Part shown: positions 27,242 through 36,170 of the stretch, one piece after another | How the letters are laid out: every line of letters starts with the position of its first letter | Numbering within the stretch: position 1 is the first letter of the stretch | Assembly: GCA_964449215.1 (NCBI GenBank) | Contig: CAYVAH010000004.1 | Span: 1 to 46,772 of the forward strand | Length of the DNA: 46,772 nucleotides | Direction of reading: 5' to 3' | Origin: Candidatus Undinarchaeota archaeon | Lineage (GTDB): Archaea > SpSt-1190 | Notes under the pieces: generated by a model | Databases searched by the model: none | What the model saw: the letters and a program-made list of their open reading frames with translations, nothing else | Told to the model about the DNA's origin: nothing | Translations under genes and position numbers: made by a program

Positions 27242-28408
27242 ATGTCGCTGGAAAAAATCGTCGGGCTGGTTTTCAAGTTTCTGGTGCACAGGAGGGTCCG
27301 CAGCCTTCTCACGACCGTGGGAATCGCCATAGGCGTTGCCCTTGTTTTCAGCATAATCAGTGTGAATGAGGGTATGATGGCTTTGGTTTCCCAGCAGCTG
27401 GAGGACCTCGGGGGAAATGTGGTTACAATCATACCAAAGATAGGGGGCGTGAGGACGGCAGGTTCTTTCACCGAAGAGGAGGTCGATGCTGTGAGGTCAC
27501 TGGCATCCGTCAAAGAGGCGGCCGGGATATACAGCACGGTCCTCCCCGTGACCATAAGGGGGAAGACGGACTATATGGGTGTCTACGGTTATGACTCGCA
27601 TGCTATCGAGGAGGTCATTAGTGGAATCAAGTCCTTCAGGGTCGAGAAAGGGAGATTCATCAGTGCAGGAGAGAGAAAAAAAGTTGTGCTCGGTTACAAG
27701 ATAGCAAATGACAATAATCTTGGGCCGGGCAGTGTGATAAAAATTGACGATGTGGATTTTCGTGTGGTTGGGGTGCTGGCGGAGATTGGAAGCAGTGAAG
27801 ATGACTCGTCCATAAACACCGATGTGGAGGACCTGTGGGAACTCACAGGGGAGGATAAGACCTACCAGTTTATACTCGCCAAGGTGGTCGAGCCGGATGA
27901 AGACAGGATAAGGAGGGCTATAAAGAAGGTCAGGGGCAGGGATGACTTCGACGTGATGACCCCCGAAAGTATGATGGAACAGGTAAACCAGATTCTCGGG
28001 TTGTTGAATGCTGTGTTTCTTGTGATAGCAGGTGTGAGCATAGCCGTTGGCAGTGTCGGGGTGGTCAATACGATGTATATGTCCGTGTTCGAGAGAGTCC
28101 GGGAGATAGGAATCATGAAAGCTGTTGGAGCCACCGACTGGAACATAATGCTGATATTTTTGCTGGAATCCGGGCTGCTGAGTCTTGTTGGGGGTGTGTT
28201 CGGAATGCTCCTGGGGTTTTCCCTGGCTGTTGGGATAACAAAGTTGGCGGCTATGGCTGCAGGTCTTACGAAGCTGGAACCCGTGTTTTCCTCGGGCCTC
28301 GTGGTTCTTTCACTCGGGCTGTCCTTTGTTGTTGGGGTCCTCGCTGGCATTTTCCCTGCCCGATACGCCTCCGGGTTGGAGCCTGTGGATGCCCTCCGCT
28401 ACGAGTGA
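27242..28408 (+). CDS. ABC transporter permease (MacB/FtsX family), copy 2
   Basis: RSLLTTVGIAIGV, ERVREIGIMKAVGA, PVDALRYE. Confidence 0.93.
   Translation: MSLEKIVGLVFKFLVHRRVRSLLTTVGIAIGVALVFSIISVNEGMMALVSQQLEDLGGNVVTIIPKIGGVRTAGSFTEEEVDAVRSLASVKEAAGIYSTVLPVTIRGKTDYMGVYGYDSHAIEEVISGIKSFRVEKGRFISAGERKKVVLGYKIANDNNLGPGSVIKIDDVDFRVVGVLAEIGSSEDDSSINTDVEDLWELTGEDKTYQFILAKVVEPDEDRIRRAIKKVRGRDDFDVMTPESMMEQVNQILGLLNAVFLVIAGVSIAVGSVGVVNTMYMSVFERVREIGIMKAVGATDWNIMLIFLLESGLLSLVGGVFGMLLGFSLAVGITKLAAMAAGLTKLEPVFSSGLVVLSLGLSFVVGVLAGIFPARYASGLEPVDALRYE
27305..27348 (+). repeat. 44-bp exact direct repeat, copy 2
   Basis: Identical to 26129-26172. Confidence 0.9.
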
Positions 28409-28440
28409 AGCCAATATAAAACAGGGGTGTCATTTTTGAT

Positions 28441-30381
28441 GTGAGATATTCCAGACAAAAAGGGTTGGTGGACCAAAAAAGGCTTGAAAGGGCAGTGGTG
28501 GTAGTGGCCGGTGTTGGAGGGCTCGGGAATCCCGCTGCCACATACCTCGCTCTTGCCGGGGTTGGGGAAATCCGGCTTGTTGATGATGATGTTGTGGAGG
28601 AGAGCAACCTGAATCGCCAGTTTCTTTTCACGGAGAAGGACCTGAGAAAAAAGAAGGTTCGGGTGGCTGCGAAGAGGCTCAAGGAGTTAAACCCCGGGAT
28701 AAAGGTGGCGGCATACGAGAAAATTGACAGGAACGTGGTGGAAGGTGCTGATGTGGTCCTTGACTGCCTTGATAACTGGTCCACCCGCCGGGAGCTCTGG
28801 GCGCTTTCCTTCTCACTCGGGGTTCCTGTGGTTCACGGGGCTGTCGATGGGGTATCCGGTCAGGTTGCTGTTTTCTTTGATCGCGGGGATGCCGCTCCCT
28901 TTGGGGATAAGCAGGGTCAAAGCTGCGTGGTTCTTGGAGCCGCTGCGGGTGTGATCGGTTCACGCATGGCTCTGGAAGCCCTGGATGTCCTGCATGGTCG
29001 TGCCAGGGCGAAGATGATTTCCTTTGATGGGCGCTCGCTCCAGGAGTTCCCGGTGAGGGGTGAAAAATGGACTCACATACTGGTCAGGGTCTCGGAGCTG
29101 TGGCTGAAGAGCAAGCCGACCCGGAGGAAGTTGCTCGGGCTTTTGTCCCGGAACGTGGAGCGGGTTGCCGGACGGCCTCGGGTGGAAGACGCCCGTCTTG
29201 TCCTGCGGTTCTCCCCCGATTGCCTGGAAAAGCTCTCCAGGGTTTTCGGCGTGAAGTCTCTGAGCCCTGCCTTGAAGGTGGGTCTTGATGAGCTGGAATC
29301 ACGGTTCAGGGAGTTCAGCAAGCAGGTGGCCGGAAGAAGATTTCGCGTTACGGTTCACCGCTCCTGGAAGGGTTACCCGAAGAAGTCCCCTGAGCTGGAG
29401 AAGGAGCTCGGAGCTATTGCAAGTGAGTTTGGAAGGGTTGATTTGACAGGCTATGAGGTGAATCTGGAGGTGGAAATTCACCGGGACGGCGCATATCTTT
29501 TCACACGGAGGATTCCCGGTCCCGGCGGGATGCCCTATGGCTCTGAGGGGAAGGTTCTGGTGCTTTTTTCCGGCGGTATAGACTCTCCGGTTGCTGCCTG
29601 GATGATGGCCCGGCGTGGCGCTGCCCTGGAGCTGCTTTTCCTGAATCCACTGGGTCCTGTTCTCGAATCCCGTGTTAATGCTGTCTTTGACTCAGTTTCC
29701 CACTGGTTCCCCGGTGCCAGGCTTCACGTGATTGATATCGGGGATGAGGTGGAAAAGATTCGCTCAAATGTGAAGGAAGGAAGCAGGCAGACGGTTTACA
29801 AGCGCTTTATGTATAGAGTTGCACAGGAGGCTGCCCGGAGGCTCGGATGCTCTGCCATTGTCACAGGCGAGAGTCTCGGGCAGGTTTCATCCCAGACGCT
29901 CCGGAGCCTTTCCGTTATTGATGGCGCTGTGGGTATCCCGGTCTTCCGCCCCCTGATAGGTATGGACAAGGACGAAATAGTTTCCCTTGCCAGGAGGATA
30001 GGCAGCTTTGACCAGAGTTCTGGGATAAAGGAATTCTGCTCCATAGAGAGCCACAGCAACGCCAGTCCCCTGATGAAAGAGATTGAGGACGAGGAAAAGA
30101 AGCTGGAGTTCGACTGCGGTGCTGTTGTCTCGCGGATGAGGGAAGCGAAGTCCATTGTCACAGAGCCTTTGCCCTTGCCTGATGGGGGGTTCGTGGTGGT
30201 GAAGCTCTGGGAGGGAATTCCAAAGCTCCGGCATGGAAAAAAATACCTGTTTGTTTGCAAGAGCGGTAATAGATCCGCGGAGGAGGCCTTGAAGGCGAGG
30301 AAAGCGGGTTTTGAGGCATATTCGATGGACTACCGGACTGCCCTCAAGAAGGGCGTCCTTGGAGGCCCCTCCAGGGGCTGA
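28441..30381 (+). CDS. thiI: Fusion of a ThiF/MoeB E1-like adenylyltransferase with tRNA 4-thiouridine synthase ThiI (THUMP, PP-loop, rhodanese)
   Basis: E1: RYSRQ, GVGGLG, SNLNRQ, DCLDN. ThiI: SELWLKS, SGGIDSPVA, TGESLGQVSSQT, RPLIG, EFC. Rhodanese: CKSGNRS. Confidence 0.88.
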   Translation: MRYSRQKGLVDQKRLERAVVVVAGVGGLGNPAATYLALAGVGEIRLVDDDVVEESNLNRQFLFTEKDLRKKKVRVAAKRLKELNPGIKVAAYEKIDRNVVEGADVVLDCLDNWSTRRELWALSFSLGVPVVHGAVDGVSGQVAVFFDRGDAAPFGDKQGQSCVVLGAAAGVIGSRMALEALDVLHGRARAKMISFDGRSLQEFPVRGEKWTHILVRVSELWLKSKPTRRKLLGLLSRNVERVAGRPRVEDARLVLRFSPDCLEKLSRVFGVKSLSPALKVGLDELESRFREFSKQVAGRRFRVTVHRSWKGYPKKSPELEKELGAIASEFGRVDLTGYEVNLEVEIHRDGAYLFTRRIPGPGGMPYGSEGKVLVLFSGGIDSPVAAWMMARRGAALELLFLNPLGPVLESRVNAVFDSVSHWFPGARLHVIDIGDEVEKIRSNVKEGSRQTVYKRFMYRVAQEAARRLGCSAIVTGESLGQVSSQTLRSLSVIDGAVGIPVFRPLIGMDKDEIVSLARRIGSFDQSSGIKEFCSIESHSNASPLMKEIEDEEKKLEFDCGAVVSRMREAKSIVTEPLPLPDGGFVVVKLWEGIPKLRHGKKYLFVCKSGNRSAEEALKARKAGFEAYSMDYRTALKKGVLGGPSRG

Positions 30382-30769
30382 ACTCCACTTCCTTTTTCGC
30401 AGCGAACTTTTTTATTTCCTTGATAACCCCCTCAGAGAACCTGAAGAGATGGCTTGGGGCGGAGCTGTCACTGCTTCCAAAACCCCTCACAAATTCGAAT
30501 TTACTGGCAAGGTGGGTGGCGAGCTCCTCCTCAAAGAACTTTCCCTCCGGGAAGGTCAGCACCATAACGACCTCACCAGCTTCAGTCAGATGGTCAATAT
30601 GCCACTTCTTTTTCTTTCCTTTACGCAGGTGTCTTTCTATCCTCCCCCCACCCTGGTTGGATCCCACATAAGCATACCACCCTTCGAAGTTGAGTTTTCC
30701 CAGTCTTCCAACCTTCAGTGTTGTTCGGGGAACCTTGAGCACCAGCACATAGACCCCCCTCGGAAACAT
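30344..30769 (-). CDS. GIY-YIG (DUF123/Uri) family endonuclease-like protein
   Basis: GVY, YAYVGS, RIERH, WHIDHL, FGSSD, SHLF. Confidence 0.85.
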   Translation of the reverse strand: MFPRGVYVLVLKVPRTTLKVGRLGKLNFEGWYAYVGSNQGGGRIERHLRKGKKKKWHIDHLTEAGEVVMVLTFPEGKFFEEELATHLASKFEFVRGFGSSDSSAPSHLFRFSEGVIKEIKKFAAKKEVEFSPWRGLQGRPS

Positions 30770-30804
30770 TTTAAGTCGATTCGTGGGTGTTTAAAGTGGT
30801 GACG

Positions 30805-30993
30805 ATGGTCCGGGTTGAAGTCGAAGGCAGGGTCAAGAATGCAGAGGCGAGGACGGTCAGGGAATTGATGGATCATCTGGGTGTGAACCCTGAGGAATAT
30901 GTGGCAGTTCTGAACGGGGAGGTTGTCACCGAGGCGGAGCCTCTTTCCCCCGGCGACTCTGTGAAACTTGTGCGGGTGTGGAGCGGTGGTTAG
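30805..30993 (+). CDS. Ubiquitin-like sulfur carrier (ThiS/MoaD/SAMP/TtuB)
   Basis: Beta-grasp pattern TVRELMDHLG, VLNGE, GDSV and C-terminal SGG; start 30796 or 30805. Confidence 0.92.
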   Translation: MVRVEVEGRVKNAEARTVRELMDHLGVNPEEYVAVLNGEVVTEAEPLSPGDSVKLVRVWSGG

Positions 30994-31888
30994 CTGCTCA
31001 TGTGGGAGGCGGGCGGTTTTTGGTGGCAGGTGTGCGGAGCACTTCAAGGAATGGCTGGAGGACTCCATTGTTGCGGAGCTGGAGAAATTTGTGGAGCCTT
31101 CGGACGTGTTGGCCGTGGCTGTGAGCGGCGGGAAAGACTCAACGGCTCTCCTTGACGTGGTTCATAAATGGGGCGGAGCCAAAATGTTTGCGGTGTCGGT
31201 GGATGAGGGTATTGCGGGTTACAGGGACAGGACTTTAAGCTTCTTGCAGGGGTTCTGTGAAAAGCGGGGTATAGAGCTCCATATCTTCAGCTTCGAGGAG
31301 GAATTTGGATGCACTCTGGATGAGATGCTCGAGACCCGTCCCCGGGAAAGGGCATGCACTGTGTGCGGGGCGCTGCGGAGGTTCCTGCTGAACAAGCGGT
31401 CAAGGGAGCTCGGTGCCACCAAGATACTGTTTGCGCATAACAGGGATGACGAGCTCCAGACCTTCTTGATGAACCTGCTCTCTGGCAATCTGGCGCAGAT
31501 AAGCAGGAAGGGTGAGCTCATAGGGGTGGTGGATCACCCGCTTTTCGTGGTTCGTCTCAAGCCGCTTTTTAGAATACCCGAGAAAGCCACGGCCGTCTAT
31601 GCCTTGCTGAACTATCCCGGGTTGCCGGATGTGGAATGTCCTTATCTCGAAGAAAGTGCCAGGTTCAGAGTGCGTCACCTGCTGAACTCACTTGAGCTCC
31701 AGAACCCCGGTGCCAAGGAGCGGATGCTTGAACTTTACGACAGGGAGATTCTTCCGGCGCTGAAGCCCTCCGCCCTGGGTTTTCACGGTAAGCTGAGGGA
31801 GTGCGGGAGATGTGGAGAGCCTTCAAGCAGGGAGCTGTGCAAGGTCTGTGAGCTTCTGGATTCACTTTGTCCCGCGGTGAAGTCTTGA
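30986..31888 (+). CDS. ttuA: tRNA 2-thiouridine synthase TtuA/Ncs6 (TIGR00269-like)
   Basis: SGGKDS PP-loop, DEGIAGYR, CTVCG and ECPY cluster Cys residues, N- and C-terminal Zn fingers. Confidence 0.9.
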   Translation: MVSCSCGRRAVFGGRCAEHFKEWLEDSIVAELEKFVEPSDVLAVAVSGGKDSTALLDVVHKWGGAKMFAVSVDEGIAGYRDRTLSFLQGFCEKRGIELHIFSFEEEFGCTLDEMLETRPRERACTVCGALRRFLLNKRSRELGATKILFAHNRDDELQTFLMNLLSGNLAQISRKGELIGVVDHPLFVVRLKPLFRIPEKATAVYALLNYPGLPDVECPYLEESARFRVRHLLNSLELQNPGAKERMLELYDREILPALKPSALGFHGKLRECGRCGEPSSRELCKVCELLDSLCPAVKS

Positions 31889-32161
31889 CTGCATCCTTTC
31901 ACAGAGGTGGCATATGTCCTTTTCCTTCACCGAGCCTTTCTTCATCCCGTTTGAGGCTATTTTCATCACTTCTGACTTCTCTTCTCTTGTCAGCGAGATT
32001 TTTGCTCTTTTCCCCTTGAGATACTGGGTCACTGCTGCGGGCGTTATATGAAGCATCCTTGCCACTTCGTTCTGCTTTTTCCCCATTTTAACCAGGACCG
32101 CCACGAGTTCCTTCCGTATGGCCGGCAGGATTCTCCGCGAAGAAACTTCACAGCTCATCAT
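31862..32161 (-). CDS. HTH transcriptional regulator (COG2522-like) with Cys residues
   Basis: SCE, ILPAIRKEL, QNEVARMLHITPAAVTQYLKGKR, ICHLC; divergent from sufC. Confidence 0.8.
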   Translation of the reverse strand: MMSCEVSSRRILPAIRKELVAVLVKMGKKQNEVARMLHITPAAVTQYLKGKRAKISLTREEKSEVMKIASNGMKKGSVKEKDICHLCERMQSRLHRGTK

Positions 32162-32189
32162 GTGTCCCTTTCTGCCGGGCTTTTATATT

Positions 32190-32218
32190 GTTAACTTTTA
32201 ACATGGTTAATTATTTAA
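32190..32218. promoter_or_regulatory. Candidate operator (TTAAC-N3-GTTAA) next to the sufC TATA box
   Basis: TTAACATGGTTAA at 32198-32210, GTTAAC at 32190-32195 and TTATTTAA at 32211-32218 in the divergent intergenic region. Confidence 0.45.
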
Positions 32219-32239
32219 TCCTTCCTTTTTTTTCCGGAT

Positions 32240-32920
32240 GTGCTCAGAGTGAAAGGGCTGTCGGTGGTTGTTGATGGAGTGGAGGTTCTTCACGATGTGG
32301 GCCTCGAGCTGAACCGGGGGGAGCTGGTTGCCGTTATGGGTCCGAACGGCTCGGGGAAGACCACGCTTGCAAGGGCAATTATGGGCGATCCACGGGTTAA
32401 GGTCAGGGGAGGTATAGGGTTCAAGGGAAAGGAGTTGAAAGGGCCACCTGAGGAGAGGTCACGTGCTGGAATCTTCCTGTGCTTTCAGAATCCCCCTGGA
32501 ATTGAAGGGATAAATACGGGGTATTTTCTTGAGACTCTTGGGGCGCTTGACGGGGTGGAGGAACTGGCGAAGAAGCTCGGGGTGAAAAAGCTTTTGTCAA
32601 AGGACCTGAATGTGGGGTTCTCTGGAGGGGAAAAAAAGAAGATGGAGATACTCCAGTTGTTCCTGAAGGACCCGGAGCTGGTCATTCTTGATGAGATTGA
32701 CTCCGGCCTTGACATAGACTCCTTGCATATTGTCGGGGAGCTGATAAAGTCCCTCAAGTCCAGTGGGAAGGCAGTTCTGGTGATAACGCACTATACCCGC
32801 GTGTTTAAAGAGGTCAAGCCTGACAGGGTGTATGTTCTGGTCGGGGGGAAGATAGTCGGGTCGGGTGGCCCGGAACTCCTCTCAAAGCTTGATGGATATG
32901 GATTTAAGGAGTGGAAATGA
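32240..32920 (+). CDS. sufC: Fe-S assembly ATPase SufC
   Basis: GPNGSGKT, FQNP, LNVGFSGGEKKK, DEIDSGLDID, ITHY. Confidence 0.95.
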   Translation: MLRVKGLSVVVDGVEVLHDVGLELNRGELVAVMGPNGSGKTTLARAIMGDPRVKVRGGIGFKGKELKGPPEERSRAGIFLCFQNPPGIEGINTGYFLETLGALDGVEELAKKLGVKKLLSKDLNVGFSGGEKKKMEILQLFLKDPELVILDEIDSGLDIDSLHIVGELIKSLKSSGKAVLVITHYTRVFKEVKPDRVYVLVGGKIVGSGGPELLSKLDGYGFKEWK

Positions 32921-34308
32921 TGGAGCTTCCTTTTCTTGAGGGCAGGGAAAAGAGGTTCTGGTTCCGGTCGAGAAAGCGTAGTGAGTTTTCTGTTGAGGGC
33001 CCGCTCACACCCAAGAAGGTAAAGGAAATTTCCCGTTTCAAAGGAGAACCGGGCTGGATGACCAGGTTTCGTCTGAAAGGATTTGAGTTTTTCCGGGGGA
33101 TTTCCCTGCCTGATTTTGGTCCGGACCTCAGTGGTATTGATTTTGAGAATATGATTTATTACTCCAAACCTGCGGATAAAGCCAGGAGCTGGGATGAAGT
33201 TCCCCGGGACATAAGGAGGACTTTCGAAAAGCTTGGCATGAGTGAAGCGGAGATGCGGCTCCTTTCCGGGGTGGAGCTCCAGTATGATTCTGAGATTGTC
33301 TTTGAAAGGGCAAGGAAAGAACTGGAAAAGCTTGGAGTGATTTACATGAGCATGGATGATGCTGTGAAAGAGCACCCCGGGATTGTTCGCAGGTATCTCG
33401 GGAAACTCGTCCGTCCGGATAACAACAAGTTTTCCGCCCTTAATACTGCTGTGTGGAGCGGTGGAACCTTCATCTATGTTCCTCCCGGGGTTCGGGTTCC
33501 CTTCCCGCTCCACACATATTTCCGCATAAACCTCGAGGGATTCGGGCAGTTCGAGAGGACCCTGATTGTTGTTGGGGAAGGATCTGAGGTCACCTATGTG
33601 GAGGGATGCACGGCTCCCCTATATAGCAGGGCGACATTGCACGCCTCCGTGGTTGAGGCGGTTGCTTTGCCCGATTCAAGGCTGAAGTATGTCACCCTCC
33701 AGAACTGGAGCAAAAACGTGTATAACCTTGTCACAATGAAAGCCCTGGCGCAGCGTGGTGCGTTTGTTCAGGGAATAAGCGGGAATTTCGGTAGCAAGGT
33801 TACGATGAGGTATCCTTCTATTTATCTGGCAGGGGAGAGAGCCAGGGGGGAGTCAATGTCCGTGACAATCTCTTCGAAAGGGCAAGAAATGGATTTGGGT
33901 GCCCGGATTGTGCATTCGGCCCCGGAGACCAGTTCAAGAACGGTTTCCAAGACGATTTCCTTGGACGGTGGTGTGTCAACGTTCCGTGGGCTTCTCCGGA
34001 TTCTCAGAGGGTCCGGGTTCAGCAGGGCGGGTATCAGCTGCGATTCCCTGCTCTCCGGTGACTCCCGGGCGAATTCCGTGCCGGTGATTGATGTGAAGGA
34101 AAAGACGGCGGAGCTGAGTCACGAGGCCAAGGTGGGGGAAATTGACATGGACAAGCTGTTCTACCTGATGTCCCGGGGTGTGAGCGAGTCAAAGGCCATG
34201 GGCATGCTGATCTTCGGGTTTGTCCGGGACTTTGTTGAGGAACTTCCACTTGAGTATGCTCTGGAACTTCAGAAGTTGATAGAGATGGACATGGGGGGCG
34301 GAGTATGA
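32917..34308 (+). CDS. sufB: Fe-S assembly scaffold SufB
   Basis: NKFSALNTAVWSGGTFIYVP, GQFERTLI, YVEGCTAP, QNWS, CDSLL, HEAKVG, FYLMSRG; ATGA overlap with sufC. Confidence 0.96.
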   Translation: MMELPFLEGREKRFWFRSRKRSEFSVEGPLTPKKVKEISRFKGEPGWMTRFRLKGFEFFRGISLPDFGPDLSGIDFENMIYYSKPADKARSWDEVPRDIRRTFEKLGMSEAEMRLLSGVELQYDSEIVFERARKELEKLGVIYMSMDDAVKEHPGIVRRYLGKLVRPDNNKFSALNTAVWSGGTFIYVPPGVRVPFPLHTYFRINLEGFGQFERTLIVVGEGSEVTYVEGCTAPLYSRATLHASVVEAVALPDSRLKYVTLQNWSKNVYNLVTMKALAQRGAFVQGISGNFGSKVTMRYPSIYLAGERARGESMSVTISSKGQEMDLGARIVHSAPETSSRTVSKTISLDGGVSTFRGLLRILRGSGFSRAGISCDSLLSGDSRANSVPVIDVKEKTAELSHEAKVGEIDMDKLFYLMSRGVSESKAMGMLIFGFVRDFVEELPLEYALELQKLIEMDMGGGV

Positions 34309-35006
34309 AAAGGCTGAAGGGTCGGGTCAAGCAGCCGGAGGGGTTTGAGGATTTTCCTCCAGGGCTGGTTTCCCTTCCCGGTGAGAGGCTGGAGGGTGTG
34401 AAATTTCTCTACGTAGGGGATGTTTCCGGGCGGACACATATTTCGCTCAAGGATTCCGTGGCGGGCATGGTCTGTGATGCCTCAGGCTCCATGGAACTGG
34501 AGCTTCGGGGGGACAACAGGCTCAGGAGAATAATTACCGTACCGGAGGGTTCAAGGTTGAAACTCAGCTATGTCTCCCGCGGGGGAGGAACTGTCGAGGA
34601 CCTTGTTTACCTGAAGGAGGGGGCCGAGCTTGTCTATGATGGCAGGTTCCGCGTTCGCTCGGGTGCGTTCACGGCTTCTGTCAGGGTGGTTCACGAGGGG
34701 AAAAAGTCCTCCAGCAAGGTGGACCTGAGGGGTGTGGTCCGTGGGAAGGCGAGGATACTCCCGACGGGCGAGCTGCTTCCAGGTTCCGTGGGCTCCAGAA
34801 CCTCACTGAACGGTTTTGTGGTTGTGTTTGGCAGGGGGGAGGTGAAAGCTGTTCCGGAGCTGCTTGTTGGGGAGCAGGAGGCGGCTGCAAGTCACAGTTT
34901 CAAAAAGCTCCGGTTGACTCAGGGGCAGCAGTTTTATCTCTCGTCCAGGGGCCTGGGGGAAAACAATATAGAGAAGCTTTACGAGAGGTTTATTCTGGGT
35001 GGTTGA
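34305..35006 (+). CDS. sufD: SufD-like protein (short)
   Basis: Beta-helix region, AVPELLV, ASHS, FYLSSRGL; lies between sufB and sufS. Confidence 0.8.
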   Translation: MKRLKGRVKQPEGFEDFPPGLVSLPGERLEGVKFLYVGDVSGRTHISLKDSVAGMVCDASGSMELELRGDNRLRRIITVPEGSRLKLSYVSRGGGTVEDLVYLKEGAELVYDGRFRVRSGAFTASVRVVHEGKKSSSKVDLRGVVRGKARILPTGELLPGSVGSRTSLNGFVVVFGRGEVKAVPELLVGEQEAAASHSFKKLRLTQGQQFYLSSRGLGENNIEKLYERFILGG

Positions 35007-36170
35007 ATGGATGTAAGAAAAGACTTTCCGTTTCTTGAGCGCGGGATTGTTTATTTTGATAATGCCGCCACGACACAGAAGCCAAGGCAGGTGATTGATG
35101 CCATCACGGATTTCTACCGAAGCCATAATGCCAACATCCACAGGGGCATCCACATTTTGAGTGAGGAAGCGACGGAGCTGTATGAAGAGAGCAAAAGGAA
35201 GGTGGCTGGGTTCCTGGGTGTTCCGAGCTGGCGGGATGTGATTTATGTCAAGAATGCCACGGAGGGGCTCAATCTTGCCGTGACCCTGATTCGTCCCCGG
35301 GGAAAGATTCTGACAACGGTCATGGAGCATCACTCGTCACTCCTGCCGCTGATGAGGGCCCGCAGCTCGGGTGCCACGCTGCAATTTGTTGGTCTCACGC
35401 CCGATGGTGAGCTGAATATGGAAGATTTCTATTCAAAGCTGAAGGGGGCGGAGCTTGTGGTGGTCACCCATGCTTCGAATGTGCTGGGAACGATAAATCC
35501 GGTGAAAGAGATTGTGAAAGCGGCTCATGATGAGGGGGCACTGGTGGTGGTGGATGCCGCCCAGTCTGTTCCTCACCTGAAGGTTGATTTCAAGGACCTT
35601 GGTGCGGACTTCCTTGCCTTCTCCGGTCACAAGATGCTCGCACCTTCAGGTACCGGGGCTCTTTGCGTTCGTGGCGAGCTTGTTGAGGACCTGGTTCCCC
35701 CTGTTGCGGGTGGTGGGTCGATTGAGGATGTGACCCTCGATGAAGTGAGGTGGGCAGGTCTTCCCGAAAGGTTTGAGGCGGGCACCCCGAATCTTGAAGG
35801 GGCGGTGGGCCTTGGTGCGGCTGTGGACTACCTCTCCCGCATTGGAATGGACAGGGTGAGGAGGCACGAACTTTCACTGCTCAAGGAGTTCTTCTCTCTT
35901 GCAGAGGATACACCCATGAGGATATACGGTCCTAAGGAGAGGACGGGTCTTGTGTCCTTCACCCTCCCAAATATTCACGCTCATGATGTGGCGGACTTTC
36001 TGAACTCCAGGAAGATAGCCGTCCGGAGTGGCAAGCACTGTGCACACCCCCTGCACTATCATCTCGGTGTCCCCGCAACTGTCAGAGCGAGTTTCTACAT
36101 ATACAACACCGTTGAGGAGCTGGGGCTGTTCTTTGATGCCCTCGGGGAATTGCTGGAGGTGTTCTCTTGA
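35007..36170 (+). CDS. sufS: Cysteine desulfurase SufS (group II)
   Basis: YFDNAATTQKP, MEHHS, DAAQS, FSGHKM, RSGKHCAHP. Confidence 0.96.
   Translation: MDVRKDFPFLERGIVYFDNAATTQKPRQVIDAITDFYRSHNANIHRGIHILSEEATELYEESKRKVAGFLGVPSWRDVIYVKNATEGLNLAVTLIRPRGKILTTVMEHHSSLLPLMRARSSGATLQFVGLTPDGELNMEDFYSKLKGAELVVVTHASNVLGTINPVKEIVKAAHDEGALVVVDAAQSVPHLKVDFKDLGADFLAFSGHKMLAPSGTGALCVRGELVEDLVPPVAGGGSIEDVTLDEVRWAGLPERFEAGTPNLEGAVGLGAAVDYLSRIGMDRVRRHELSLLKEFFSLAEDTPMRIYGPKERTGLVSFTLPNIHAHDVADFLNSRKIAVRSGKHCAHPLHYHLGVPATVRASFYIYNTVEELGLFFDALGELLEVFS

Noticed and set aside
26129..27348. Direct repeat as CRISPR repeat or att site
   Set aside because: Only two copies, both in-frame at equivalent positions of paralogous genes; no cas or integrase gene nearby
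32190..32210. SurR binding site
   Set aside because: The SurR consensus is GTT-n3-AAC; here the arrangement is AAC-n3-GTT and the adjacent regulator is not SurR-like
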